The notes beneath the pieces were generated by a model, which was given only the letters and a program-made list of their open reading frames with translations, had not been told where the DNA came from and did no database searches. Shown here one piece after another: positions 52,976 through 61,409 of a DNA stretch of 64,000 nucleotides. Where the stretch lies: the sequence record MZ475892.1; one strand, given 5' to 3'. Numbering within the stretch: the first letter of the stretch is position 1; each line of letters opens with the position of its first letter. The position numbers and the translations under genes were made by a program.

Positions 52976-53372
52976 CTTCGGTCCGTCCTTGCGATCTAAA
53001 GTCAGAATAGTCTTAAACTCCAATAAGCTCTTGTTAGAACGTATTGGAGTCCACCCTGTCAGATGACGGTCGTTCAGGGCTTTCTCCCCGCACACTTATA
53101 TAGCGCCGTGCGGCAGGCTGCGCTCGCGAGGTCTTATGTTTTCCACAGCAGGTGGTCCAGGAGGTAGCGTCCTCTGAAAAGATACCCGCCGCACAACAGC
53201 CTCGCTATCGGCCAATCAGCGATACGCGGTGTTACGCTGAATCGACCTAAGTGACTCTGGCCGAGTCGTGTACAAAAAAGAGTTCGGTCCCAATCAAAAA
53301 GATGGCGAAAAAGAAAGGGACCGAACAAAAGGCACTCAGCGCAAACTCCTTATGCACTGTTTTTGTACTTGG
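52976..53372 (-). ncRNA. Candidate structured non-coding RNA region
   Basis: About 400 nt without a credible ORF; at least six inverted repeats; late-class motif at its 5' edge. Confidence 0.35.
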
Positions 53373-53373
53373 G

Positions 53374-53381
53374 AAAATTAG
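53374..53381 (-). promoter_or_regulatory. Putative late-class promoter motif CTAATTTT with no downstream CDS
   Basis: Exact motif match, pointing into the non-coding region. Confidence 0.45.
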
Positions 53382-53408
53382 TGACATTCCCTTTTATTCA
53401 GAAAATTC

Positions 53409-53984
53409 TTAGTCGATGGTTAATTGCATCTGACGCAGAGTTTTGAGAAAATGTCTGCGTTGGAAAGATTCGATGCGGTACGGATGATCGATATGTTTGT
53501 TCCAGCCCTGATTAAATAGCATAATGTTGTCGGGCAATTTCTCGGCACCATTCCACTTCGGTTTATCATCTACAAGCAGGTAATTGCCTGCACCATGAAC
53601 CGAATCAAGGAACGCAATTTTATCAGGGTAAATCAGTGGACTAATCACATGGAAGTGATCTATCACGTGGAGGAGTCCGCGCATCGCCAGACGCGAGTAA
53701 CGAGTTCCAAGTTCGTGATAGCCACGATGAGTGCAAACACCAACAGAGTAACCTTGCTGCACAAGATACTCCAGTGTTCCCTTTGCGTACTGACGCATAC
53801 GCGCATCGAGCATGAACGTCGGACTGTTCAGTATCTCACTGAAATGAATACCGCCATTCTCAGGCGTAATGTATTCACCTTCACCGATAGTAACTCCTTT
53901 AGCAGCAAGTTTCTTGCGCATCACAGGGTGAGTCTCAAAGAACGTATCATCCAAATCGAAAAAGATTTTCTTTAGCTTTTGCAT
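53409..53984 (-). CDS. HAD-family 5'(3')-deoxyribonucleotidase-like protein
   Basis: FFDLDDT, CTHRG, LLVDDKP and FNQGWN motifs. Confidence 0.82.
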   Translation of the reverse strand: MQKLKKIFFDLDDTFFETHPVMRKKLAAKGVTIGEGEYITPENGGIHFSEILNSPTFMLDARMRQYAKGTLEYLVQQGYSVGVCTHRGYHELGTRYSRLAMRGLLHVIDHFHVISPLIYPDKIAFLDSVHGAGNYLLVDDKPKWNGAEKLPDNIMLFNQGWNKHIDHPYRIESFQRRHFLKTLRQMQLTID

Positions 53985-54319
53985 TAATGCCTCGTGCTGT
54001 TAAAGAGCATGGGAATGTCGTTGATGTGTCCGAGATTGAGAAGTAGGTCTGTGTGTAGCAGGCGCATCTCATCCGCGTTGCAAATGACAATGACTTCTTG
54101 CAGTGGGTCAATTAAGAATCGAGGCACCTCAAGCAATTCGACGGTCATGCCATCATCAAGCTCGTCAACAAGGTGCGCACCCTCCATCCATGTTCTACCT
54201 TCAGCATCATCTTTCAAATGACCGATAAAGTATTCGTCATCCAGCTCTATCATCATTAGTGCTGTGTGATCAATTTCTAGATCATCAAATTCAAAATGAA
54301 AGTCATCGTCGTTGCACAT
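53984..54319 (-). CDS. Acidic hypothetical protein
   Basis: 111 aa; GAGGG RBS; TAATG coupling. Confidence 0.65.
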   Translation of the reverse strand: MCNDDDFHFEFDDLEIDHTALMMIELDDEYFIGHLKDDAEGRTWMEGAHLVDELDDGMTVELLEVPRFLIDPLQEVIVICNADEMRLLHTDLLLNLGHINDIPMLFNSTRH

Positions 54320-54321
54320 GG

Positions 54322-54912
54322 CTATGCCCTCAGGTCAACCAATATAGATCCGCTTAGGTCACGCAGCATCTCTCGACCAAGAGGCGTGTACATGATTTGA
54401 TGCACAGCAATACGTTCGAGGAACTGCTTGCTGGAATGCACATCGTGTCCTGTACGCTTTCGAACAAACTCTATGATCGAGGGAGCAGGTTGAATGAGGA
54501 ACGTCAGTATCTCCGCATCGTGGAGAACACTACCCATGTCAGTGATTGGCTTTAGCTCAGTCTCCTGATCAAGGATATATCGGATAACGCGTTCCTCGTT
54601 ACCAGTTTTAGGATTATGCTTAAAGAAGGCGCGAGCAGATTCAACCATAAGTTTGAAATCATACTCGTCATCCGCAGTAGGCATTCTGAGAAAGAGAGCA
54701 GCAAGCAACAAATTTATTTCCACCTGTGGACCACGTTCAATGTTGAGCATCGCGTGTGCGGTGAGCACTACATCAAGCGCATAGTCACGGGTATACAGAG
54801 GATGAGAGGCTACTGTTCTGTCAAAATAGTCAAGGGCTGTGCGAAGTCCGTGACGAGATAACAGGTGCTCTGCCTTAACACGAGCTAGGCGTTGCACCCT
54901 AGTCTTCTCCAC
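54322..54912 (-). CDS. Hypothetical protein, possible degenerate HD-domain
   Basis: LLLAALFL and LHDAEIL at HD-like positions, but the metal-binding His/Asp are missing. Confidence 0.4.
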   Translation of the reverse strand: MEKTRVQRLARVKAEHLLSRHGLRTALDYFDRTVASHPLYTRDYALDVVLTAHAMLNIERGPQVEINLLLAALFLRMPTADDEYDFKLMVESARAFFKHNPKTGNEERVIRYILDQETELKPITDMGSVLHDAEILTFLIQPAPSIIEFVRKRTGHDVHSSKQFLERIAVHQIMYTPLGREMLRDLSGSILVDLRA

Positions 54913-55873
54913 CGATCTCTTTGAGACTGTTCTTGATTGCTTTGCGCAGCGTCTTGCCTACGTCAATGCCATCAACATGTTTTGCAAACACATGCGCAAA
55001 CAGCGTCGTCGGATTTTTCATGATTGCTTTATCGAGGTCAGGACGACCCTCAGCGATTTGCATTTCGCCAGGCCACAGTTCAGCAACGGCGGAGCTATCG
55101 TTAGCGGCGATAAGCTCAAGCTCGCGGACTGAGATAGAGTTCTGGCGTGCAATCGTTCGGAAGATGAGATCAACGAAAGGCAGGAGATCTTCTGACACAA
55201 CGTTCTTCACGTCTTTGGCATCGCCAGCACGCTGGAAGTCTTCCATGAGATCTGTCAGGACTTTCTTGTCGATCTTATGCACGTTGCGCAGTTTGTTGAA
55301 CAACACCATCCAGCGAACTTTACGCTTGGAACTAATCAGGTGCGTCCACACACTTTCACCGAGAGCAATCAGCAAACGATTATACACGTCAACTGAAACT
55401 GACTCACGGCTAACGAACACGGTCAGCTCATCATACCACTCGTCTTTCTTAAACTTAGAACGGAACGAGTGTGTCTTGGATCCTGACTGCTGGACGAAGT
55501 TGATGCGCTTACAGCGGCGCAGTGCTTCATGCAGCTTGTACTTCTCGATCACTTTCGGGAGTCGCTTCACTCCCTTACGACACGCTTTGGCGCAATCGGT
55601 TTCACGACCGTAGAGCGCGAGAGAAGGAAGGCCAGACATTACAGCGAGGCTCGCGTAAGGTCGGACAGTAACTCCACAAACAGACATGCCGGGTTCCGGG
55701 TCTTTGCCCAGTACGGCAAGAACATCGCCTGCTTTAGGACTGAACTTAATTGACTCTGGGTCAGGAGTACCGAGTGTTGCAGCCAGAAGGCCGACGGTCT
55801 TGCCTGTCGCCAGAACCAAATGATTTTTGTTGCCCTGCCTCACGACAAGGTAATCTTGCTCACTATGTTTCAT
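54899..55873 (-). CDS. Hypothetical protein
   Basis: 324 aa; operon context. Confidence 0.7.
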   Translation of the reverse strand: MKHSEQDYLVVRQGNKNHLVLATGKTVGLLAATLGTPDPESIKFSPKAGDVLAVLGKDPEPGMSVCGVTVRPYASLAVMSGLPSLALYGRETDCAKACRKGVKRLPKVIEKYKLHEALRRCKRINFVQQSGSKTHSFRSKFKKDEWYDELTVFVSRESVSVDVYNRLLIALGESVWTHLISSKRKVRWMVLFNKLRNVHKIDKKVLTDLMEDFQRAGDAKDVKNVVSEDLLPFVDLIFRTIARQNSISVRELELIAANDSSAVAELWPGEMQIAEGRPDLDKAIMKNPTTLFAHVFAKHVDGIDVGKTLRKAIKNSLKEIGGED

Positions 55874-55884
55874 AACAACCCTAG

Positions 55885-56397
55885 TTAACGAGGAATGTAA
55901 TCAGAGACGTTAGCTTCCTTAGCGTCTGCTGTACGGTGGCGAATCAGGCGACTTGTTGTATCTGCTGGTGGAAAGCAGACAATAGGCTTGACTACCATGA
56001 CTGTCAGTTGTTGCGGCCACATGTCGTGATCGATCATACGCGAGGCAATAATATGTGCGGCGCGTTCTGCTTCTTCACGCAAATGGTCAAACTCCAACAG
56101 CAACACCTGAGGCTTTTGATCAATCTCGTTAACAGCGTGATCGAGTTCCATCAGGTTCGTAGCAACATAGCTTCGGCAAGGCAGCGTTCCAGAGTAATCA
56201 CGCGGTCCGATATAGACAACGTTCTCTGGGTCAACATCATCGATTGCATTGCAGATGAAATCAGGGACGAACTTGCCCAAGTCCCCCTCCAGTGCGACAA
56301 AAGACATATCAAAAGGATCGTGCCTCATAACGGTCATGACAGCACGTCCATAGCCAGACAGATAGTTCATCAGTCTGTATACGAGATCACTATGCAC
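55885..56397 (-). CDS. Hypothetical protein
   Basis: 170 aa; GTG start with GAGGT RBS. Confidence 0.65.
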   Translation of the reverse strand: MHSDLVYRLMNYLSGYGRAVMTVMRHDPFDMSFVALEGDLGKFVPDFICNAIDDVDPENVVYIGPRDYSGTLPCRSYVATNLMELDHAVNEIDQKPQVLLLEFDHLREEAERAAHIIASRMIDHDMWPQQLTVMVVKPIVCFPPADTTSRLIRHRTADAKEANVSDYIPR

Positions 56398-56408
56398 GTT
56401 AACCTCTT

Positions 56409-56564
56409 TTAGAATGCGGGAGTGTAGGTGTATTTGCGCTTCTTCAACTTCGCTGCCGCGTTTTCACGGTCTAAGTCGTCGAAGATACCAACCCGTCGGT
56501 GGTAACGAAATTTCGGATGAACGGAAATATGTTTGACGATAGCACTTACGGGTTCGGTAGGCAT
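56409..56564 (-). CDS. Small basic protein (51 aa, not in track)
   Basis: MPTEPVSAIVKHISVHPKFRYHRRVGIFDDLDRENAAAKLKKRKYTYTPAF; GAGGTG RBS; fills the gap between neighbours. Confidence 0.7.
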   Translation of the reverse strand: MPTEPVSAIVKHISVHPKFRYHRRVGIFDDLDRENAAAKLKKRKYTYTPAF

Positions 56565-56576
56565 ATATCACCTCGA

Positions 56577-57080
56577 TTATTTATTTCTGGACTTTTGAAT
56601 ACGTTTCACATATTCATACCATTTCTTATTGCAGTATTGAGTGAACTCCAATGTATCGACACGCCCAGCGTAACGTTTGTGCCAAGAACCTGGTTTGTCT
56701 GTTACGCCAGAACGACCATATAGAGAAAATACCAAATGAGGTAGTCCCCACATGATAGGGAAATTCGTTTTCCGAATCACACGAGACAACTCCTGCGTAA
56801 GGTCGGACCAGTTGAAGTCTTTGAAAATAAGTTCGAGTTGTTTCTCAACCCAAGCCTGCTTCTTTGGATCAAATTGATCAAGAAGCGGGTACTCAGAACC
56901 TTTTTTCCAACCACGCATCCAAGCAACCGGAGGCATACGGCCTTTATATGAATTAGGACTTTGGTACTTGATGCTGTCTATCATCAACGCCTCTTCGAAT
57001 ACAGTTAATATCTGCGCTCGTTTGGTGAAGAATTTAGGCGGCTCTTGCTTTATGGTAAGTTTTCTTTTCACTCTAGGCAT
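56577..57080 (-). CDS. Hypothetical aromatic-rich protein
   Basis: Start moved to ATG 57080 (MPRVKRK); promoter-like motif upstream. Confidence 0.6.
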   Translation of the reverse strand: MPRVKRKLTIKQEPPKFFTKRAQILTVFEEALMIDSIKYQSPNSYKGRMPPVAWMRGWKKGSEYPLLDQFDPKKQAWVEKQLELIFKDFNWSDLTQELSRVIRKTNFPIMWGLPHLVFSLYGRSGVTDKPGSWHKRYAGRVDTLEFTQYCNKKWYEYVKRIQKSRNK

Positions 57081-57102
57081 AATAGAACTCAACAATAGTG
57101 CA

Positions 57103-57112
57103 TGTTTACAGA
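57103..57112 (-). promoter_or_regulatory. Putative replication-class promoter motif TCTGTAAACA
   Basis: Intergenic, 23 bp upstream of ATG 57080. Confidence 0.45.
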
Positions 57113-57113
57113 A

Positions 57114-57638
57114 TCAATCGGCAGTAGACCCGATGCGCTCTAATTCGTAGGTCAAGTAAGCATCCCACGAATAGAATCCATCTTTAGCCAACACAGAATC
57201 AAACTGTCGGCTGATCTTCGTACCTTTAGGAAAGCGAATGCGATCAGACAGACGTTGAAGTCTGGCGTAGGTCATCTCAACTTTCTTCACAATTGGGTGT
57301 GTGCTCGGTAAATGATTCTGCAGGAACTTGCAGCTAAAGATCAGCGGGAATTCTTTGAGGAGCTCCACTGATTCTTTTTGAGCAGCCACCAGCCTGCTAT
57401 AGTCATTCACCTGCTCATGGATTTCAGGATGAGCATAGTACCAATCGTCGAGAGACTCTAACCCAAGACGTTCTTCGTACATCATTGACTCGTACATTAC
57501 CATCAGTACGGGCTTCTCTTCCTTCTTATCCTTGAAAGCAACAAACAGTTTGGGATAAGTTCCAAACTTCTTTTCCATAAAGACTTCGAGGATTATCGCA
57601 TAACGAAGAATCTCAAATTCGGTTAGTACCTTGCTCAT
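57114..57638 (-). CDS. Hypothetical protein
   Basis: 174 aa; AAGGT RBS. Confidence 0.65.
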   Translation of the reverse strand: MSKVLTEFEILRYAIILEVFMEKKFGTYPKLFVAFKDKKEEKPVLMVMYESMMYEERLGLESLDDWYYAHPEIHEQVNDYSRLVAAQKESVELLKEFPLIFSCKFLQNHLPSTHPIVKKVEMTYARLQRLSDRIRFPKGTKISRQFDSVLAKDGFYSWDAYLTYELERIGSTAD

Positions 57639-57641
57639 ACC

Positions 57642-59246
57642 TTACTCCGAAATATCTTTGTCACAAAACTTTTTAGCAATGAACGTGGCATCGGTACTTT
57701 CAATGCTGTCGCCCTCAACACAAAGCAAAGCGCCATCATGCTCAAGAGAATAAACGCCTTTGATATTCGGGCAATTGAGAATCGCATCGAACAGGTACTT
57801 ACTCTCCCAGCCTGCAAGCATGTGGTTTAACACGCGGCGCCTTATCTTCTTATCACTTTCGCCTTCTTCTGGATCGTAGTTAGACCCAGTGGCGCACGTC
57901 AGCACACCATATTCAGGTCGCTTCGCCTTTTTGTTTTTCCGAAACTGCTTTGCGTACTCGTTAAGCAAATCTCGTATTGAGAAATAGAGCAACGATGTTC
58001 TGGTGTTCCAGTCCTCCATAGCAGTGCGAACTTTATACTTCGGCATCGTCTTACGAAGTTCTTTGTAGACGTTGCTGTACGGGTTGATCTCCAGTTGACC
58101 AGCGGAGAAGATGGTGGCGTACAAACAAATCTTTGCCGTCTTCTTATCCATCTGAGATATACGGGCCATGTCTTCCACAGACTTAATATCGTCGAAGAAT
58201 CCGTAGTCAATCGAATACGAGGCCAACTCGTTTCGTAACACGTTGAACTGGCTGGACTTCATGTCCCAGTTAGTACCGACAGTAAAGCAGGCTTGTTTAA
58301 GAATGCTCGGCAAGTTTTGAAAACCACCGCCGATTTCAAACAAGCGACCACCAATCTGAGACAATCGGTATCGAGGCCAGTAGCGAATAGTTAACGGGTT
58401 AGTGTTAGCAATCTGCACAGGTCCAGAAACGATTGTGTCCAAGAGAGCTTTAACCTGCAAATACTGTTTCTTTGCTTTGTTGTTAGCAATCAAGGACTTC
58501 TCTTCAAGGTATTCAAGTATCGGCTCGATGTTAACCTCATTCGGCAGCATCTTGTCCAATACCTTGCGATACAGTAGCCTGCCCGTTAAACCTTTTCCGC
58601 GGTCCCTGTTTCTATCAAGGGACTTGAGATCGTGCTGCGGTCTAATAAAAGGCAGCTTAGAATTTTTCTCAATCATCGACCAAACAGTCACCCCATAGTC
58701 TTCTCGCAGTATGCGTACAGGACTATAGAAACGGACACGCTTTAGAATGTCCTCTGACGTGTGATGATTGATATGTTGGTACATCCCGTCAAGAATCTCC
58801 TGACGTATGCGGAACTCTCTGCTAAGGCCCTTTTTCTTATCGTAAGGCTTCGTCTCAAAGACGTTAACCATTAACCAGTCCAAGGATCTACTGAAAGTAC
58901 CTTCTTTTTTAGCATACTTGCCGACAGCAACGCTATTTCCGCCTCTACGGAAGCCAAATACCATCGGAAGCTCTGTTTGCCCTAAAATCTTAGGAAAAGG
59001 TACCCATACACGGCCAAACTTCTTCTTTTTGTGTTTGCGCGATGGGTACAAGCTGCATTGAAGAATGTGCCAGAAGAAAAGATTCAATTGAGTACGAAAC
59101 TCACGCTCGGAGTCCGCAGGCCCCGTATAAGGACATGCGTTTACCACGTTGCTTTTCACCCAAAGAACGACTTCTTTCTCCTGGTAGGAGGGGTTCTTGA
59201 TCAGAACGGCCCCCTGACCGGAAACGATTCGTTTTTTCATACTCAC
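57642..59246 (-). CDS. Divergent family-A/T7-like polymerase-fold protein (TV-Pol-like), with no exonuclease domain
   Basis: GGRLF..GGGFQNLP, WDMKSSQ, AKICLYATIFS and LEHDG occur in the order of PolA motifs 2, A, B and C. Confidence 0.6.
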   Translation of the reverse strand: MSMKKRIVSGQGAVLIKNPSYQEKEVVLWVKSNVVNACPYTGPADSEREFRTQLNLFFWHILQCSLYPSRKHKKKKFGRVWVPFPKILGQTELPMVFGFRRGGNSVAVGKYAKKEGTFSRSLDWLMVNVFETKPYDKKKGLSREFRIRQEILDGMYQHINHHTSEDILKRVRFYSPVRILREDYGVTVWSMIEKNSKLPFIRPQHDLKSLDRNRDRGKGLTGRLLYRKVLDKMLPNEVNIEPILEYLEEKSLIANNKAKKQYLQVKALLDTIVSGPVQIANTNPLTIRYWPRYRLSQIGGRLFEIGGGFQNLPSILKQACFTVGTNWDMKSSQFNVLRNELASYSIDYGFFDDIKSVEDMARISQMDKKTAKICLYATIFSAGQLEINPYSNVYKELRKTMPKYKVRTAMEDWNTRTSLLYFSIRDLLNEYAKQFRKNKKAKRPEYGVLTCATGSNYDPEEGESDKKIRRRVLNHMLAGWESKYLFDAILNCPNIKGVYSLEHDGALLCVEGDSIESTDATFIAKKFCDKDISE

Positions 59247-59275
59247 ATCGTGATTACCTGAGTTTTTCTATCTGA

Positions 59276-59285
59276 TATTTACAGA
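59276..59285 (-). promoter_or_regulatory. Putative replication-class promoter motif TCTGTAAATA
   Basis: 30 bp upstream of ATG 59246. Confidence 0.55.
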
Positions 59286-59527
59286 TTCAGACTTATCTTA
59301 TTGACCCGTACGATACAGCGCTTGGTACGGCTACAGCTACTACAGCGGAGCTAGCGGGATACGCGCTTGGCTTGCTCGAAACATGGAAGGAGAGGTACAT
59401 CTTTAGGCGGCACGTTTTGTAGAGGCTGAATCCGAGAGATTAGCACTATCAATGCCCCTCCACCCATGCTGGAGCTGCTTAGAATAGCATTCTGTTAGGA
59501 TAATTTAGGTCGTCTAAACCGTGTAAA

Positions 59528-59622
59528 TTTTCCCGAGAAAACAGACGATTTTCCGTAAAACACGCCCGTTTTCAGACAAAAACCAGAAAAATCTTAATAA
59601 AATCAAGGACTTTTCCGAAAAC
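59528..59622. repeat. Four phased TTTTC-n-AAAAC quasi-palindromes (candidate origin iterons / bent DNA)
   Basis: Copies start at 59528, 59549, 59569 and 59611 (spacings 21, 20, 42 bp). Confidence 0.6.
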
Positions 59623-59633
59623 TACTCAGGAAA

Positions 59634-60293
59634 TCACTTCTTGCGAGAGATCTGTTGGTTCAATTTCTTACCAATTTGAGACAAAACGCGCTCAACGGTC
59701 TCTCCGTCACGCTCCCCGATAGCCATAGCGAGCCTTTCGCCCTGTTCACGCGATAGCTCAGGCATAATCAGCTTGAGCATCTTTGATCGCGCCTTTGCAG
59801 ACTTTGATTTGCCTTTTGACAGCGATTGCGTTTCCATTTCGGCAGCAACACGGCTCATTGTGCGCTGCACGCGACGATCTGCGAATATATCACCGAAGAT
59901 ATTGCCAAACAGGTCCTGGAACGAGCGTCCGCCACCAAAGATCTCATCCTTAGTGAAGCGCACTTCCTTTCCTAGCGCATTACGCTTAACGCTGTGGGTG
60001 CTTTCCACTTCGTTTTGGACGCGTGCACCTTCGATGAAGTTCTCATCAGGCCGCGATTTCTTACCTTCAGCACCGGGCTTAGTAACGCCGTTACGCAGCT
60101 CAGCACGCCCTTCAACGGCCGCATCAGGGTCAAACATGTCATCAGTGTTGACGCTCTGATTAGGGTCAAAGGGAATCTTGTCTGTCAGCTTGTTTTCATC
60201 TGGCCACGAACGAGGGATATCCGACGCCGGTTGTGGGCTATTCGTCATATCACCGTTCTTCTCGCTGTTCAGACTCACATAAATCTTGGTCAT
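59634..60293 (-). CDS. Low-complexity putative internal head protein with leader MTKIYVSL
   Basis: 219 aa; AGGAG RBS. Confidence 0.55.
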   Translation of the reverse strand: MTKIYVSLNSEKNGDMTNSPQPASDIPRSWPDENKLTDKIPFDPNQSVNTDDMFDPDAAVEGRAELRNGVTKPGAEGKKSRPDENFIEGARVQNEVESTHSVKRNALGKEVRFTKDEIFGGGRSFQDLFGNIFGDIFADRRVQRTMSRVAAEMETQSLSKGKSKSAKARSKMLKLIMPELSREQGERLAMAIGERDGETVERVLSQIGKKLNQQISRKK

Positions 60294-60302
60294 TTGTTTC
60301 TC

Positions 60303-61409
60303 CTAGAGAATTTTAAAGCCCTTGAAAATGTTATACGCGTATTCTTTGCGTTGTACGGCACGGGTGGTGCACACCCATTCCCATTGATCGTTCTTTGCTG
60401 TGCGCTTCTTCGGCGCTTCCATCACTTTCAGCACATAGTTTTTGAAAGGCAGAACCAGCAAATCTTCAGGCTCAAGCGGGCCACAACGCGCAGGCAGAAC
60501 AACACTCAGGTTACCTACAGTCAGTTCCTGATCGTAATCCAGCACGTTTGCTTCTTCGCTGATATTGCCTTTAACGTAAGGCACGCCCAGATCGAATATC
60601 ATTGTGGCATGTGTGAAAGCCTCAACGCCACCGATTCTGATCGTTACGTTCTTGCCACGAAACTTATCCAGCGTTTCCGCTTTTAACTCAACCGCTACGC
60701 CGTTCAGCATCAGCATAGGACGTGGGAAAGCAGGAAGCACTTTCTCATTCAATCTGACCGAATAAGTCGCCTGCGTAAAGTATTTTGGAATAAGCTGATC
60801 GAACTCAACGAAGCCGTCTTTGCGTACCTGACGGAACGTTGAAGGGCTGGTGGACTGATCGTATGTGTAGCCTTCAATACGTAGCGCATGGTGCTGCATC
60901 ATAACGTTGTACACGAAACCTGTGCTAATGAATCCAGGCACGATGCCTTGACGGAAGCACACAGCACAGTTGGCGTTGTTACCGCCATCCCATTTGACGC
61001 TCATCTCTTCTTCGGTGTCGCCCATGAGATCTGCTGCGCTCAACGTTGCGTTCTCACCTTCGTCGAGGTCATCAAGGCTAACCGTTTGACGTCCACCACC
61101 AAACATGCCTTTCGACACAGTGTTCAGCTTGACGTTACCCTGAGTGCCGAGGCTTGAACGGCCAACGCTTTTCATTCCACCCAAGTTGGAATCAAAGTCG
61201 TCGTTGACTGTTTTGTTGCAACTGCACGTCAGACCGAATTTTGCTTTCTTGAATATGATAATGTCCGTAGCATCGACGGCTAATGCCTGTTCTACCTTGG
61301 ACTTGACCACTTCCTGAATGGAGTCGAGGCGCTGCTGCACTCGCTTTGTCTCGTAGGTCTTGTGGCGATCATATTTATTACGGGGTTTGCCACGTTCAAT
61401 CCAGCTCAT
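60303..61409 (-). CDS. Putative head-closure/neck protein with a Zn-binding motif
   Basis: TCSC...NCAVCFRQG resembles the CxC..CxxC motif of large-myovirus neck proteins; late motif upstream. Confidence 0.45.
   Translation of the reverse strand: MSWIERGKPRNKYDRHKTYETKRVQQRLDSIQEVVKSKVEQALAVDATDIIIFKKAKFGLTCSCNKTVNDDFDSNLGGMKSVGRSSLGTQGNVKLNTVSKGMFGGGRQTVSLDDLDEGENATLSAADLMGDTEEEMSVKWDGGNNANCAVCFRQGIVPGFISTGFVYNVMMQHHALRIEGYTYDQSTSPSTFRQVRKDGFVEFDQLIPKYFTQATYSVRLNEKVLPAFPRPMLMLNGVAVELKAETLDKFRGKNVTIRIGGVEAFTHATMIFDLGVPYVKGNISEEANVLDYDQELTVGNLSVVLPARCGPLEPEDLLVLPFKNYVLKVMEAPKKRTAKNDQWEWVCTTRAVQRKEYAYNIFKGFKIL

Noticed and set aside
53134-53328. 64-aa TTG-start ORF in the structured intergenic region
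   Set aside because: The nearest AAGGAG is about 17 nt from the TTG; atypical composition; it overlaps many stems, so a non-coding reading is preferred
52976-53372. Possible tRNA, tmRNA, RNase P, hammerhead or c-di-GMP riboswitch identity
   Set aside because: No T-loop plus CCA end, P4 helix, CUGAnGA/GAAA core or GEMM consensus could be matched by eye on either strand
59326-59355. Short GCTACAGCTACTACAGC repeat
   Set aside because: Only two imperfect copies; compatible with chance and not separable from the adjacent candidate origin region
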